Shown: in pieces, positions 34,820-46,016 of the stretch | Numbering within the stretch: position 1 is the first letter of the stretch | Layout of the letters: every line of letters starts with the position of its first letter | Source: Azolla caroliniana | Taxonomy: Eukaryota; Plantae; Polypodiophyta | Direction of reading: 5' to 3' | Assembly (NCBI GenBank): GCA_043228905.1 | Contig: JBHGNT010000018.1 | Span: 7,006,001-7,070,000 of the forward strand | Length of the DNA: 64,000 bases | Notes under the pieces: generated by a model | Database searches by the model: none | The model's input: only the letters and a program-made list of their open reading frames with translations | Told to the model about the DNA's origin: nothing | Translations under genes and position numbers: made by a program

Positions 34820-37800
34820 CTAACCGGACTGGTTTGTCGTTACGCCCATCTGATGCCGAAGAGACCGAAAACGGTCTGCCGAGAGACATTTGGTCATTCC
34901 ATCTGCGACATTATCGGTTGTGGATATTTTCTCTAGACCGATTTTCCCTGAAATGACGCAGTCCCGAACGAAGTGATATCGAACGTCGATATGTTTGGAG
35001 GCGTTGTGGTGAACCGGATTTTTCGACAAGGCAACAGCACCTTGACTGTCGCTGTAGACAACTGGAGCCGAGTCATGTTCGACTTGTCGAAACATGTGCG
35101 CCAGCCGACCGAGCCACAAAGCTTCTTTTGCTGCGTCGGACGCAGCTACATATTCTGCTTCGGTCGTTGAGGTCGCTGTGCACTCCTGAAGTTTTGACTT
35201 CCACGAGATTGCTCCATTGCCGAATTTGAAGCAGTATCCGGTTGTTGATTTCCGACTGTCTATACAGCCGGCGAAGTCCGAGTCGGTGTAACCGACTACG
35301 CCTGAGGTTCGGTTCGGTCCGAAAAGAATGCCATGGTCTTTTGTGCCAGCCAGATATCTGAACACATGCTTGACTGCGTTCCAATGCGATCGGCCAGGAT
35401 TGTGCATAAATCTGCTAACGACTCCTACGGCATGAGAGATGTCAGGCCGTGTCGCGACCATCAGGTACATAAGGGAGCCGACTGCCGGTGCATACGGTAC
35501 CGACTTCATATCTTCCCCCTCCGAACCGGATGTCGGGCAGTCTCGCTGAGAGAGCCGAAGATTCATAGGGAGTGGGGTTGAAGCAGATTTGGCTGATTGC
35601 ATGTTGAAGCGTTCCAAGACACGTCCGATATAGTCGGTCTGAGACAAAAAAAGATGTCGTTTATCGCGATGCCGACTAATCTTCATGCCAAGGATGTGTC
35701 GTGCCGGACCGAGGTCCTTCATGGCAAACTTCAACCGCAGTTGCCGAACGAGATCGGCAAGTTCGCCCGCGTGGCGTCCAGAAATTAGCATGTCGTCCAC
35801 ATAAATGATGAGGAAGATGGGTGATCCATCTCGAGCTGTGTTGGTGAAGAGACAATGGTCCTCATCGCTTTTGGAGAAGCCGATTGATTGGATGAAGTCG
35901 TCGAACTTCTTGTACCATTGTCGCGGTGCCTGTTTGAGGCCGTATAGACTCTTCCTGAGTCGGCAGACTAGATGTTCTTGGCCAGTTGCCACGAAGCCTT
36001 TTGGCTGCTCCATATAAATTTCCTCCTCGAGATCACCATGGAGGAAGGCTGTTTTGACATCTAGCTGAATCAGCTCCGAGTTGTCGGCTGCCACGACGCC
36101 GAGCAGAAGACGAAGGGTTGTCATTTTCACCACTGGTGAAAAAATCTCGTCGAAGTCGACGCCATGTTCTTGTCGGAAGCCCTTCGCAACTAATCTGGCC
36201 TTGTACTTTGGGGTGGTCGAATCAGACGTCTCTTTTAGTCGATAAACCCACTTGCAAGGAAGAGCACGTCGGTTCCTAGGTAATTCGACCAGATCCCAAG
36301 TCTTGTTTGCCCGGATGGAGTGCATTTCCGACTCCATCGCCAGATGCCAGGTGGCCGAATCGACAGATGTCGATGCTTCTTCGTAAGACGTCGGTTCGCC
36401 GGCGTCGGTGAAGAAAATTCCAGGAGAATACCTCTCCGGAGGTTGCGACAGTCTCTCGGATCGTCGAGGTATGATTGGACTGGTCGCATCGGGTATCGAG
36501 GTCGGATGGTCCGAAACCGAATCATTCGGCTGTGCCGAGTCAGAGTTGTCCGAGTCGGTAGTATAAGGTTCAGCTACCCGTGAAGTTGACCGTGTGTTGA
36601 GAGCGGGGCCTTCTTGAAGGGTCGGCACATCGGAGAATGTTACCCTTCGGACTTCGATCGGTTTGTTGACCGATGGATTCATAGCCGACTCGTTGAACAC
36701 AACGTCCGAACTTCGAACGATTTGTCTGCGTTCGGGGTCCCAGAGTCGGTATCCCATTTCGCCGTCTGATCCATATCCAAGGAAAATGCATTTCCTGGAC
36801 CGAGGTGCAAGTTTTTGGCGATCATCTTTCGGAATAAGGGCGTACGCCTCGCATCCGAAGATCCTCAGCTTGTCGTAATTCGGCTTGCTGCCGATCCATA
36901 GTTCCTGAGGAATTTGAAGTCCTAGAGGTCTACTTGGCGACATATTGATTATGTGTGCTGCCGTGAGTAGAGCCTCTGCCCAGAAGCCATCCGACAGTCG
37001 GGAGTGTTGGAGCATGGAGACTATTCGTTCTTGGATTGTCCGATTCATTCGTTCTGCAATCCCGTTTTGCTCCGGACTGTGTGGTGCCGTAAATTCACGT
37101 CGGATGCCGCGTTGTCGGCAGAATTTGACGAATTCGTCGGATTTGAACTCTCCCCCATTATCGGTCCGAAGGCATTTCAGCTTTCGGTCGGTTTGATTTT
37201 CTACCATAGCGAGCCAATCGGTGAAGATCGAGAAGACACGATCTTTGGTGCGAATTGGATAAGCCCACACCTTTCGAGTCGAATCGTCAATAAAACTGAC
37301 GAAGTAAGAGGCACCGCCTAGAGACTGATTCGGCATTGGGCCACAGACGTCCGAATGGACTAAATCGAGAGGTCTCGTCTCTTTTGGTGCTGATGTCGGG
37401 TGTGATGCGGCTACTTGTTTGCCATACTGGCAATGCTCGCAAAATTGATGGTCCGAGAAGGAGAGTTTGGGGATGTATCCGGCGCTAGATAGGTGCGTGA
37501 TGCCGGCCTTGCTGAGGTGTCCTAATCTTCGGTGCCATAATGATGACACAGGAATATCCACCAAAAACAGGTTACCCTCTCTGAGCGTAACATGTAACGG
37601 ATACAGTGAGTGTATCTTGGGTCCTCTAGCAAGCAGGAGGTTCCCCCTGTGGAGTGTCCACCCTCCCGAAGAAAAACCGGCACGAATGCCGTCTTCATCT
37701 AGTTGTCCGACTGAGATCAATGGCCTTGTGAGCTCGGGTACATGTCGGACATTGTGGAGTACAAGTGTAGAGCCCCCTGCAAGGTTGAGCTCTACTGTGC

Positions 37801-38836
37801 CGATTCCGACGATGTCACAGTGTTGTGAGTTGCCGACTCGAACTGAGTCGGAGTGACGGATCGTATATTGCCGAAATTGGGATCGATGAGGAGTCACGTG
37901 AAATGACGCGCCCGAATCCAAGAGCCATGTGCTCGATTCTTCAGTCGTGAGTAGAACTTCTGATCCGACTGGATTTTCTATTGATAGTATATTCGGGTCG
38001 TCCGGTAGTACATCAGCTGAGAAGCTGACGTAATTGATCTCCTCATGCCGGCCACTCTTCTTGTTGTTCTTGTTCTTGAGTGCGCGGCAGTCGGCTTTGA
38101 TGTGTCCGGGTTTCTTGCAATAGTTGCAGATTCGGTTATCCCGTGACTGGCTCCGTCTTCGCTGATTGTTCGGCGGTCGTGAGGAATCTCTTCCTCGTAT
38201 GTTCGATCGGTCTGTCGAACCTTGTACTACGTAGGCGTCGTCTGCTGAGTCTTTGGCGAAAGACTTTCTCCGAGCTGCTTCGGTCAGGATTGCGCTCGTG
38301 ACTTCGGAGTATTTAACAGCCGTGGTTGACGCGTTGCACACGGTTGTGACGAAAGTTTCCCATGATGGGGGAAGGCTGCTCATGAGTATCATTGCTCTGA
38401 GTTCATCCTCGATTGCCGTCCCCTGTGACGAGATTTGGGAGCTTATGCTTTCGTACTCATTGAGGTGTGCTTGGACCGAGTCGGATTCTTTCATCCGCAA
38501 GTTGTAGAGGCGCCGGATCAGAAACATCTTCGTTGCGGCGACCTTCTTTTCGTAAGTGTCCGACAGTGTTTTCCACAGTTCGAATGCTGTCGTACACGAT
38601 TGCACCGTGAAGTATACCGATTCCGATAGGTGCATCCGAATCGTGGCGCGGACGATTCTGTCCAGCTTCTGCCACTCAATTGGTTTGTATCCTTCTGGAG
38701 GTTCTTCATTTTCGATGGGATCGATTTGCCCCTTGACTATGAGATAGTCCTGCATTTGTTCCTTCCAGAAGTTGAAGTTCGATCCATCGAACTTGCGTAG
38801 ACTCATTTCTGACGAGCCGGATGTTGATGCCATCAA
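34820..38836 (-). CDS. Intact Copia gag-pol polyprotein, 1338 aa
   Basis: KFDGSNFNFW, CNYCKKPGHIKADC, WLLDSGASFH, WHRRLGH..CEHC, HSDVCGP, RTDNGGEF, QNGIAER, IYVDDMLI, YTDSDFAG, TEAEY, NVADGMTK. Confidence 0.96.
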   Translation of the reverse strand: MMASTSGSSEMSLRKFDGSNFNFWKEQMQDYLIVKGQIDPIENEEPPEGYKPIEWQKLDRIVRATIRMHLSESVYFTVQSCTTAFELWKTLSDTYEKKVAATKMFLIRRLYNLRMKESDSVQAHLNEYESISSQISSQGTAIEDELRAMILMSSLPPSWETFVTTVCNASTTAVKYSEVTSAILTEAARRKSFAKDSADDAYVVQGSTDRSNIRGRDSSRPPNNQRRRSQSRDNRICNYCKKPGHIKADCRALKNKNNKKSGRHEEINYVSFSADVLPDDPNILSIENPVGSEVLLTTEESSTWLLDSGASFHVTPHRSQFRQYTIRHSDSVRVGNSQHCDIVGIGTVELNLAGGSTLVLHNVRHVPELTRPLISVGQLDEDGIRAGFSSGGWTLHRGNLLLARGPKIHSLYPLHVTLREGNLFLVDIPVSSLWHRRLGHLSKAGITHLSSAGYIPKLSFSDHQFCEHCQYGKQVAASHPTSAPKETRPLDLVHSDVCGPMPNQSLGGASYFVSFIDDSTRKVWAYPIRTKDRVFSIFTDWLAMVENQTDRKLKCLRTDNGGEFKSDEFVKFCRQRGIRREFTAPHSPEQNGIAERMNRTIQERIVSMLQHSRLSDGFWAEALLTAAHIINMSPSRPLGLQIPQELWIGSKPNYDKLRIFGCEAYALIPKDDRQKLAPRSRKCIFLGYGSDGEMGYRLWDPERRQIVRSSDVVFNESAMNPSVNKPIEVRRVTFSDVPTLQEGPALNTRSTSRVAEPYTTDSDNSDSAQPNDSVSDHPTSIPDATSPIIPRRSERLSQPPERYSPGIFFTDAGEPTSYEEASTSVDSATWHLAMESEMHSIRANKTWDLVELPRNRRALPCKWVYRLKETSDSTTPKYKARLVAKGFRQEHGVDFDEIFSPVVKMTTLRLLLGVVAADNSELIQLDVKTAFLHGDLEEEIYMEQPKGFVATGQEHLVCRLRKSLYGLKQAPRQWYKKFDDFIQSIGFSKSDEDHCLFTNTARDGSPIFLIIYVDDMLISGRHAGELADLVRQLRLKFAMKDLGPARHILGMKISRHRDKRHLFLSQTDYIGRVLERFNMQSAKSASTPLPMNLRLSQRDCPTSGSEGEDMKSVPYAPAVGSLMYLMVATRPDISHAVGVVSRFMHNPGRSHWNAVKHVFRYLAGTKDHGILFGPNRTSGVVGYTDSDFAGCIDSRKSTTGYCFKFGNGAISWKSKLQECTATSTTEAEYVAASDAAKEALWLGRLAHMFRQVEHDSAPVVYSDSQGAVALSKNPVHHNASKHIDVRYHFVRDCVISGKIGLEKISTTDNVADGMTKCLSADRFRSLRHQMGVTTNQSG

Positions 38837-39506
38837 ATTCGGTTTCGGTTGACTAAGCTCGGTTCGGAGTTGACTACGAACCTTGTTGGAGTGCAGCCGG
38901 TAGGCTCACCCAATATCGTTCTAGTCGAATTTGAACCCGAGTCGGTTCGGCTTCGGAACTTGCTCGAATTGACTCCGGTAGCTTGAGGGACAGAGCCGAC
39001 TGGTCTTCCCGAATGTTGCCGAGTCGGAGTGAGCCCGGTTCGCTTCGGATATATATGCCGAATACCGATTATTAAAATCGATTATCTGGACCGATTTTGC
39101 TTCGGTTGACTGCAGCGACGAGAGAGATGGATCCAACTGATCCTCTCGAATGTCGATCAGCCAGATGAAGCACGAATTTGGGGTTGTTTGCTTAAGACCG
39201 ATCTGTACCGAGTGGTTACAACGAGCAGCGAGCAGCGTTTAACGACCTTTTCGGATGCCGTTTAACCGAATGGAGCACGATCGTGTCAATGATGCACAAG
39301 GGGATTTCACTTCGAGCGGTTACGATCACTGGGAACGGAGTACAACCTGCTGGCTTACTCCAAACAAAGATGATCTAACGCGATGAGATGCAAACCTGGT
39401 TTTTCTTCTTCTTCTCTCTTCTTCGAATGACGCAGGAAACCGAATGCAGAGACGACGGCCGACAGCGGATTGAAGGACCGACTACTGTGCATGCTCTGAT
39501 ACCAGA

Positions 39507-39788
39507 TGTTGAAAGCAATGTCGTCTGTGCGGAAGATCTTGAAGCACTCGATTCCTGTTTATTCCCTGTGTATGACAGAATGTAGGTCGTTGCACAGAGA
39601 GAGAGAGAGAGAGAGACACAAAAGAATTTCTTATTTCATAAAGCAACAATACAACAACCAACCTCACAAAGAGGTTACAAGGTCACTATATATAGTGACC
39701 GACTTAGGGCAACTACCCTTTATGCTAATTACATAAATGGCCAAAACGGGATGGTGTGAATACGTCCATTATACACATGTATTCGACA
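39507..39788 (-). repeat. 5' LTR of Copia H
   Basis: Direct repeat of 34345-34626, adjacent PBS. Confidence 0.96.
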
Positions 39789-42092
39789 GTCCTCACATCC
39801 GGTTATACTAGGAGAACCATATATCACGGCGGCACGGATGGAGACCAAGGTGCTGGACAACGGTTCAGCCTATGCAAGAGTCAAGAGCCAGGACGGGCGT
39901 CAGTCGGTCCAGTTCCTAACGATGCGACCAAACCACGAGCGTAACCGCGAGGCCCTTGGCAGCGAAACCCGAGGGGATTTTTAGAGAGGGCTATCAAGGC
40001 GTGGGGCCGCGATAGTCCGGACACCGAGGAAGAACCCCACAAATGTACAGTACAGTAGAAGACTTGTACCATAGGTAGGAAGTTTTGGTTCTCTAACAAT
40101 GGAGGTTGTACTATAACCGGTGTCAGCGGCCGGGAGAGGAAGCGAGCGGAGGAGCGGCTCAAGGGATGCGGAGTCCTCTTCCCCGACGAAGACATCAGCG
40201 GCGCCGTGGAGGCAGTCTCTTTTGACGACACCTTGGGCGAACTACGAAAGGTGATTGGTGAAGACCTTAGAGAAGATCGGACCGTTTCGGTAGGATCGAT
40301 GGGAATGTACGAAGTCATCGTGGACTTCAGGGAAAGGATCGAGTCGGATCGGATGGCCCGCGTGGATACAAAGTACAAGATGGTGGACCGGAAGGTGAGG
40401 CCAGTCACGGCACCCTTGCCGGAGGGCAGTGAGGGGCGGATAAAAGGGGTCGCGACGGACCCAAGTTTACGGATCCAGCCAGCATAGGGCACTGGTTCAC
40501 CGACATAACGCTACGGGAGCTCAAGGTTGGTGGGGGCGGCTTCCTACTGCCGGCGGAGGAGGACCGGTTTCGGAGAATGCTCGGGAGGCACGAGAAGGCT
40601 TTCACATTCTCATCGGAGGAGATCGGGTGCATAGACCCGACAGTTGTCGAACCGATGGTGATCTTCACGGTACCGCATGTACCGTGGAATCTCAAGCCGA
40701 TTCCGGTGCCAAGAGCTCACATCCCGAAGTTGATGGAGCTCCTAAAGCTAAAGGTGGAGATGGGCATCCTCGAACCGTCGAGTGCCCCGTATTCGAATCG
40801 GTGGTTTACGGTGCCGAAGAAGAACGGCACGCTACGCTTCATCCAGGACCTACAACCGGTCAACAAGGTGACCATCCGTAATGCAGGGATCGGACCGACC
40901 ATAGACGAGTTCGCGGAGGCCTTCGCTGGAAGGTCGATCTATTCTGTCGATGATCTGTACTCGGGGTACGATCAGTTCCAACTAGCCGTGGAGAGCAGAG
41001 ACATTACGACGATGCGGACCCCTCTCGGCCTAGTGCGGATGTGTACCCTGTCGCAAGGAGGGACGAACTCAATGGCTCACATGGTGAACGCAATGAAGAA
41101 AGTGCTCAGGGATTGTATCCCGGACATCACCATGCCATTCTTAGACGACATCCCGATCAAGGGATGCCCGGTGGAGAAAAGGGACGAGGCAATCGGGCCG
41201 GACAGATGTCGGAATTTCGTGGCGTCCCACATCGATGACTGCGAGAAGGTGCTGCAGAGACTAGAACGCGCGAGGCTCACCTTCTCCGGGGAAAAGTCGG
41301 CCTTCGGATAGTCGGAGATCTTGGTGGTCGGACACCTGTGTGGGCCTTACGGTAGGCAACCGTCTCCGGCAAAGGTAGAGGCCATCTCCGTGATGAGGAA
41401 CGATTGCGGGTCAGTCACGGAGGTCCGCAGATTCTTGGGGGCATGCGCGTTCTACCACATCTGGATCTCGCACTACGCACATGTCGTGGAACCCCTCTAC
41501 GGACTATTGAAAAAGGGGCGTAACTTTGAGTGGAGGACGGAGCACACGGAGCCGGTTCGGAGACTAAAGGAGGCGCTTATGGCAACGGTGGCTCTCCGTA
41601 AAGCGGTTTACGGCAAGGATGTTCCCATCTACGTAACGGTGGACACCAGCCCGACCGGGATCGGGTGGGTAATCAGTCAGGAGGACAAGGGCGGCGTACG
41701 ATTCCCGATCCGGTTCGGGGCGAAGGTATTGAGCGAGCGACAGCGAGAGTACGCCCAAGTTAAGTGCGAACTTTGGGGTGTCGTTTCGGCAGTCAAGGCC
41801 GACAAAGATTATCTGATCGGGGCGGAGGTGGTCATCGAGACGAACTGCCTGCCGATACTCGGCATGGTTTCCGGATGTGCGACGCCGGACCTAGCAATGG
41901 TCCGGTGGATAGCGTACATTAAGTCCCTAAACCCGGAGATACGGCACATCTCCGGAAAGGACAACGCCATGGCCGACATGCTTTCGAGGGCAAGGTTCAA
42001 CGACGAAGACGGCATGGTTTCGGATGACGAAGAAGTCGGCGAGGACTTCTTCGGGTCGGCTAACGTAACGACGAGAAAAGGGAACACTCCGG

Positions 42093-43512
42093 TGTCGCGA
42101 AAATACGACGGGGATACGTGAACGTTGAGGCAAGACCCCGAGGCCTTTGTCTAGAGGATATCAAATTCGTGTATTTATATACTAAGAATTAACCGAAATG
42201 AGAAAGATTAACAATTTCCATTAATAAAAGGGAAAGAAAGATTACAATCAATCCCAAGATTGGGATTACAAAAGTTTTATCTTATGGAGATGATTAGAAT
42301 AATAGATGATTAGAGATTATGATTCTTGAGTGATATGGCTTTGACAAGGAATTTTGGATTTTGAGAGATTGCTTCCGTATGGAAATTATGGTTTACTTGA
42401 GAGATAGCTTCCGTATGGAAGATTAGAGTTCTTCGCTTCGATAAGATAAGAGAGCTCCCCAAAGAAAAGGAAAAAAATTAAGATAATATGGAGAGTCTAT
42501 TCTAGTGTAGGAAAAAAAATGGAATAAATATGGAGTTCCCCCTTGATCATAGCCTTTCCACTTTTTGTTGCATGGCCTCTACTTTTAGTTGCCTAGCTTT
42601 TGCTTTTGGTTGTATGTGACTGTCCACATGACCTTTACTTTTTCCATGCACTCCCTTCTTTAGTTGCTTGCGTCCACATGGCCTTTACTTTAGTTCTCTT
42701 CACTTTACTTTAGTTTGTTGCATGATCCAATCTTTCGTCCGTCCGCGTCCAACCTCGTCTGGTAGCCGGTTCCATTTTGCTTGCCGGTTCTAGTTCCGGT
42801 TTGCTTGCCGGTTCCGGTTCCGGTTTTGCTTGCCAGCCGGTTCCGGTTTTGCTTGCCGACCGGTTCCGGTTTGCTTGCCAGTTACCGGTTTCAGTTTTGC
42901 TTGCCGGCCGGTTCCGGTTTTGCTTACCGACCGGTTTTTGGTTTTGCTTGCCGGCCAATTTCCGGTTTGCTTGCCAACCGGTTCCAGTTTTGCTTACCGG
43001 CCGGTTTCCGGTTTTGCTTACCGGCCGGTTTGCATACCCATTCCGGTTCCACTATTGCTTGCCGGCCGGTTCCAGTTTTGCATACCGGCCGATTTCCGGA
43101 TTGTATACCGGCCGGTTTCCGGATTTGCTTACCAGCCTGTTTCCGGATTTGCTTACCGGACCCGTTTTCCGGATTTGCTTATCGGCCGGTTTCCGGTTTT
43201 AAGGAATTTGGCCACCATCATCCATCAAGACAAAGTGGCCAAAGTGCTCTTAGCACAAATGAAAAATGAGGGAGCTCAAGGTGTTTATATAGCCAGGGCC
43301 TTAACTTTCCTATCTATGTGGGATAGTTCTTATTTCCCTATCTAATCAAACTTTATTTTCTCATAACTTGGTATGTATTTCTCCATTTTGTATATAGTAA
43401 AATACATTTTTAAGCTCTTGAGTATATCCATCTTTCTATAGTAAGCTACTAATCTAATCTATAATAATTATTTCATTATTTTTTTACATAGTGTGTGAAG
43501 ATTCACACGACA
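42093..43512 (-). mobile_element. Solo LTR I, 1,420 bp
   Basis: TGTCGCG...CACGACA termini; 4-bp TSD CCGG (42089-42092, 43513-43516); no coding domains; TATA on the minus strand near 43285-43292 (orientation inferred). Confidence 0.8.
42764..43200. repeat. Degenerate CCGG-rich minisatellite in solo LTR I
   Basis: Recurring CCGGTT(TT)GCTT(G/A)CCGG units of about 18-24 bp. Confidence 0.9.
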
Positions 43513-44321
43513 CCGGCGCTTAACGAATTTGACGAGAGCAGGTACGACGGGGAGTGGCTCCAAATTGGGAGGTTCCTACGGACGATGACGCCGGACGCAG
43601 CATGGGCGAGAGAGGAGGTGAGTCGGATACGGAGGAAGGCGTACCGATTCTTCCTGCGGGACGGGTGCATATGGAGGCACCCAAAGAAGAGAAGCGGCAT
43701 TCCACTCCGAGTAGTGGCAAAGAAAGAAGAACATGGGAAGCTACTGGCAGCATTTCACGAGAGCCCCTGGGCCGGACACCGCGGAACGTGGGCCACTTTC
43801 GAGAAGCTGAAGGAGAAGTACTGGTGGCCGGGGTTGTACCAGGACGTGCATCGGTTCGTAACGACTTGCGAAAGCTGTCAGATGCACTCCGTAGTTCGAC
43901 ACCGGGACGAGCTACACCCGACCTACCCGCCTACGGTCCATTTCAAGTGGATGGTGGACTTGGTGACGATGCCGATGGGGGTAGGACAGATACGATACTT
44001 GGTGCTTGCACGGGAAGACTTAACGAACTAGGTGGAAGGCCGTGCACTGCAAAGCAAGAGAACCGCGGTGGTATGTCGGTTCCTGATCGAAGAAGTAGTG
44101 TGTCGGTATGGGTGCGTCGGGAGGATCGTGGCGGACCGGGGAGAACTGGATGCGCGGGAGGCCGAGGAGCTGTTCGACCAACTAGGCGTCAAACTCTCCC
44201 TCATCATGGTGTACAATCCGGAGGCGAACGGAAAGGTGGAACGTGGGCACAGACCGATTGTAAAGGTGTTGGTGCGTGCATGTGGTGGGCAGGTCGGGAA
44301 TTGGCCGCGACTCCTTCCTTA

Positions 44322-44770
44322 TGTCATGATATGGCAAGACTCAAACCCATGACCTTATGCTACATGGGTCGAGCTCTTATCATTAGACTATGAATTGTAA
44401 TTTGTAGGATATTATTTTCATTTATGCTTTATCATAGAAAATTGATGTATATTCCAGATCTCTCTGGAACATTCTAGAAGCTTCAGGATTATTCCTAAAA
44501 ACACTATAAAAGGAGGCACAAGGCATTGTTTTGAACCAAATTGGTTCAACGCCAGTCTTAAGCCTCTTAGCCGATTTGTACTTATCTTTTCACATAATAT
44601 AAGAGTTGCTGTCATCATCCTTCTCTCTCTCTCTTTCTCGCTATCTCTCTCTCTCTCTTCTCTTCTCACTTTCTCTCTCGGGAATCTTACGCAGTCCCGT
44701 CCTCTTAGTACTAATAGTACTACTCTTCTTTAGTACTAATTCCATCTCTGCTTTAGTACTACTCCTGACA
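44322..44770 (+). repeat. 5' LTR of chromovirus J
   Basis: Direct repeat of 48064-48512; TATAAA at 44505. Confidence 0.95.
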
Positions 44771-44809
44771 GTTTGAACCAATTTTTCCTCCTACCATTTT
44801 TCCTATACT

Positions 44810-45961
44810 ATGGCTACTGTTAGCGCCCAAGAATATCAATCCGTTTTCTCCGAGCTACAGTGCTTAAAAGAAAAATTTGTTGCCTTGGAACAAGAAAACC
44901 AACGGCTGATAGGGGATCTGCAACAAATCGCTCTAGAAAAGCAACAAACGCAGCAACAGCATGGGGAGTTAGCGTTACGGGTGCAACAACTCGAAGTGGC
45001 ATTGCAACAACAAGGATCAAGTCCCCAAGGATTTCATAAAGAGCCGAAGATTGGACTTCTTGTGAAATTTGATGGAACGCGATCGCAATTCAGGGGATTC
45101 CTTAATCAGGTACGATTAGTCCTCCAAATGCATCCTTCCTGATACCCCACTGATGCATCCCGAGTCGGCTTAATAGGCACATTGCTTAGCGGCTCAGCCT
45201 TAGCATGGTTCGCTCCGCTCCTAGAAAAACAATCGCCCTTGCCTAATAACTTTGAAGATTTTATTAGTGAGTTCAAAGCCTGCTTTGGAGACACCGACAA
45301 CATCAGGACAGCGATCAACAAGATCTGGCGATTGCGTCAAGGCGATCGTCCAGCCTCTGCCTATGCGGCGGATGTTCGCCTACTCGCTTCAGACATACCC
45401 TGGGATGATCAAGCACTAATGGAGCAGTTTCGCTATGGCCTGTGAAACGATGTCAAAGATCTACCTCTAACTTTCCCCGAAGAACCAAAGTCTCTTACGG
45501 AGGCAATCAGTCGAGCGGTCCGATGTGACAACCGCCTTTTCGAACGGCGTTCGGAACGTCAATTACAGATACCACGCGCTAGGCCTGAGCCCACTTACGC
45601 CGCAGTCGCGGCTAAACCGTTTGCACGAGACATACCTCAAGCAAATACTTCGACACCGATGGAGATCGATACCATGCGTCGATGCGGCCCGTTATCGGAA
45701 GAAGAAAAGCAACGACGACATGCAAATCGATTATGTCTTTATTGCGGCGGACCAGGGCATATCGCAATCAATTGTCCCCATAGGCCAAGAAGACAAGTAA
45801 ATCAAATTGTAGCCTGTACTAAACTCGAGTCAATTCTTCCCTTAGGAGTATCTGATAGTATTAATAGTACTAATAGAGTGTTTGATAGTATTCATAGTAC
45901 TAATAGCCCAAGTATCTCAAATAAATTTGAAATCCTTAGTCAATTAGATGAAGAGTTAAAC
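44810..45961 (+). pseudogene. Chromovirus J gag with premature stops
   Basis: Homologous to F gag, including CLYCGGPGHIAINC. Confidence 0.88.
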
Positions 45962-46016
45962 CAAGTCGGATGGCAGACAAGAATACTTTTCCGGTCAATT
46001 CAACGGTTCACTTCGT

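Larger units (their letters stand above)
34345..39788 (-). mobile_element. Copia H, intact and apparently very young
   Basis: 282-bp LTRs 34345-34626 and 39507-39788 with one difference seen; TSD GTCCT (34340-34344, 39789-39793); Met PBS 39493-39504; PPT 34627-34637. Confidence 0.96.
32413..39984 (+). pseudogene. Gypsy D gag-protease, split by Copia H
   Basis: ORFs 32413, 32861 and 33272; QETS|SHPVILGEPY rejoined across H; ends GDF* at 39984. Confidence 0.85.

Noticed and set aside
42710-43345. Overlapping ORFs of 82-171 aa
   Set aside because: They result from a stop-poor CCGG minisatellite and are open in several frames.
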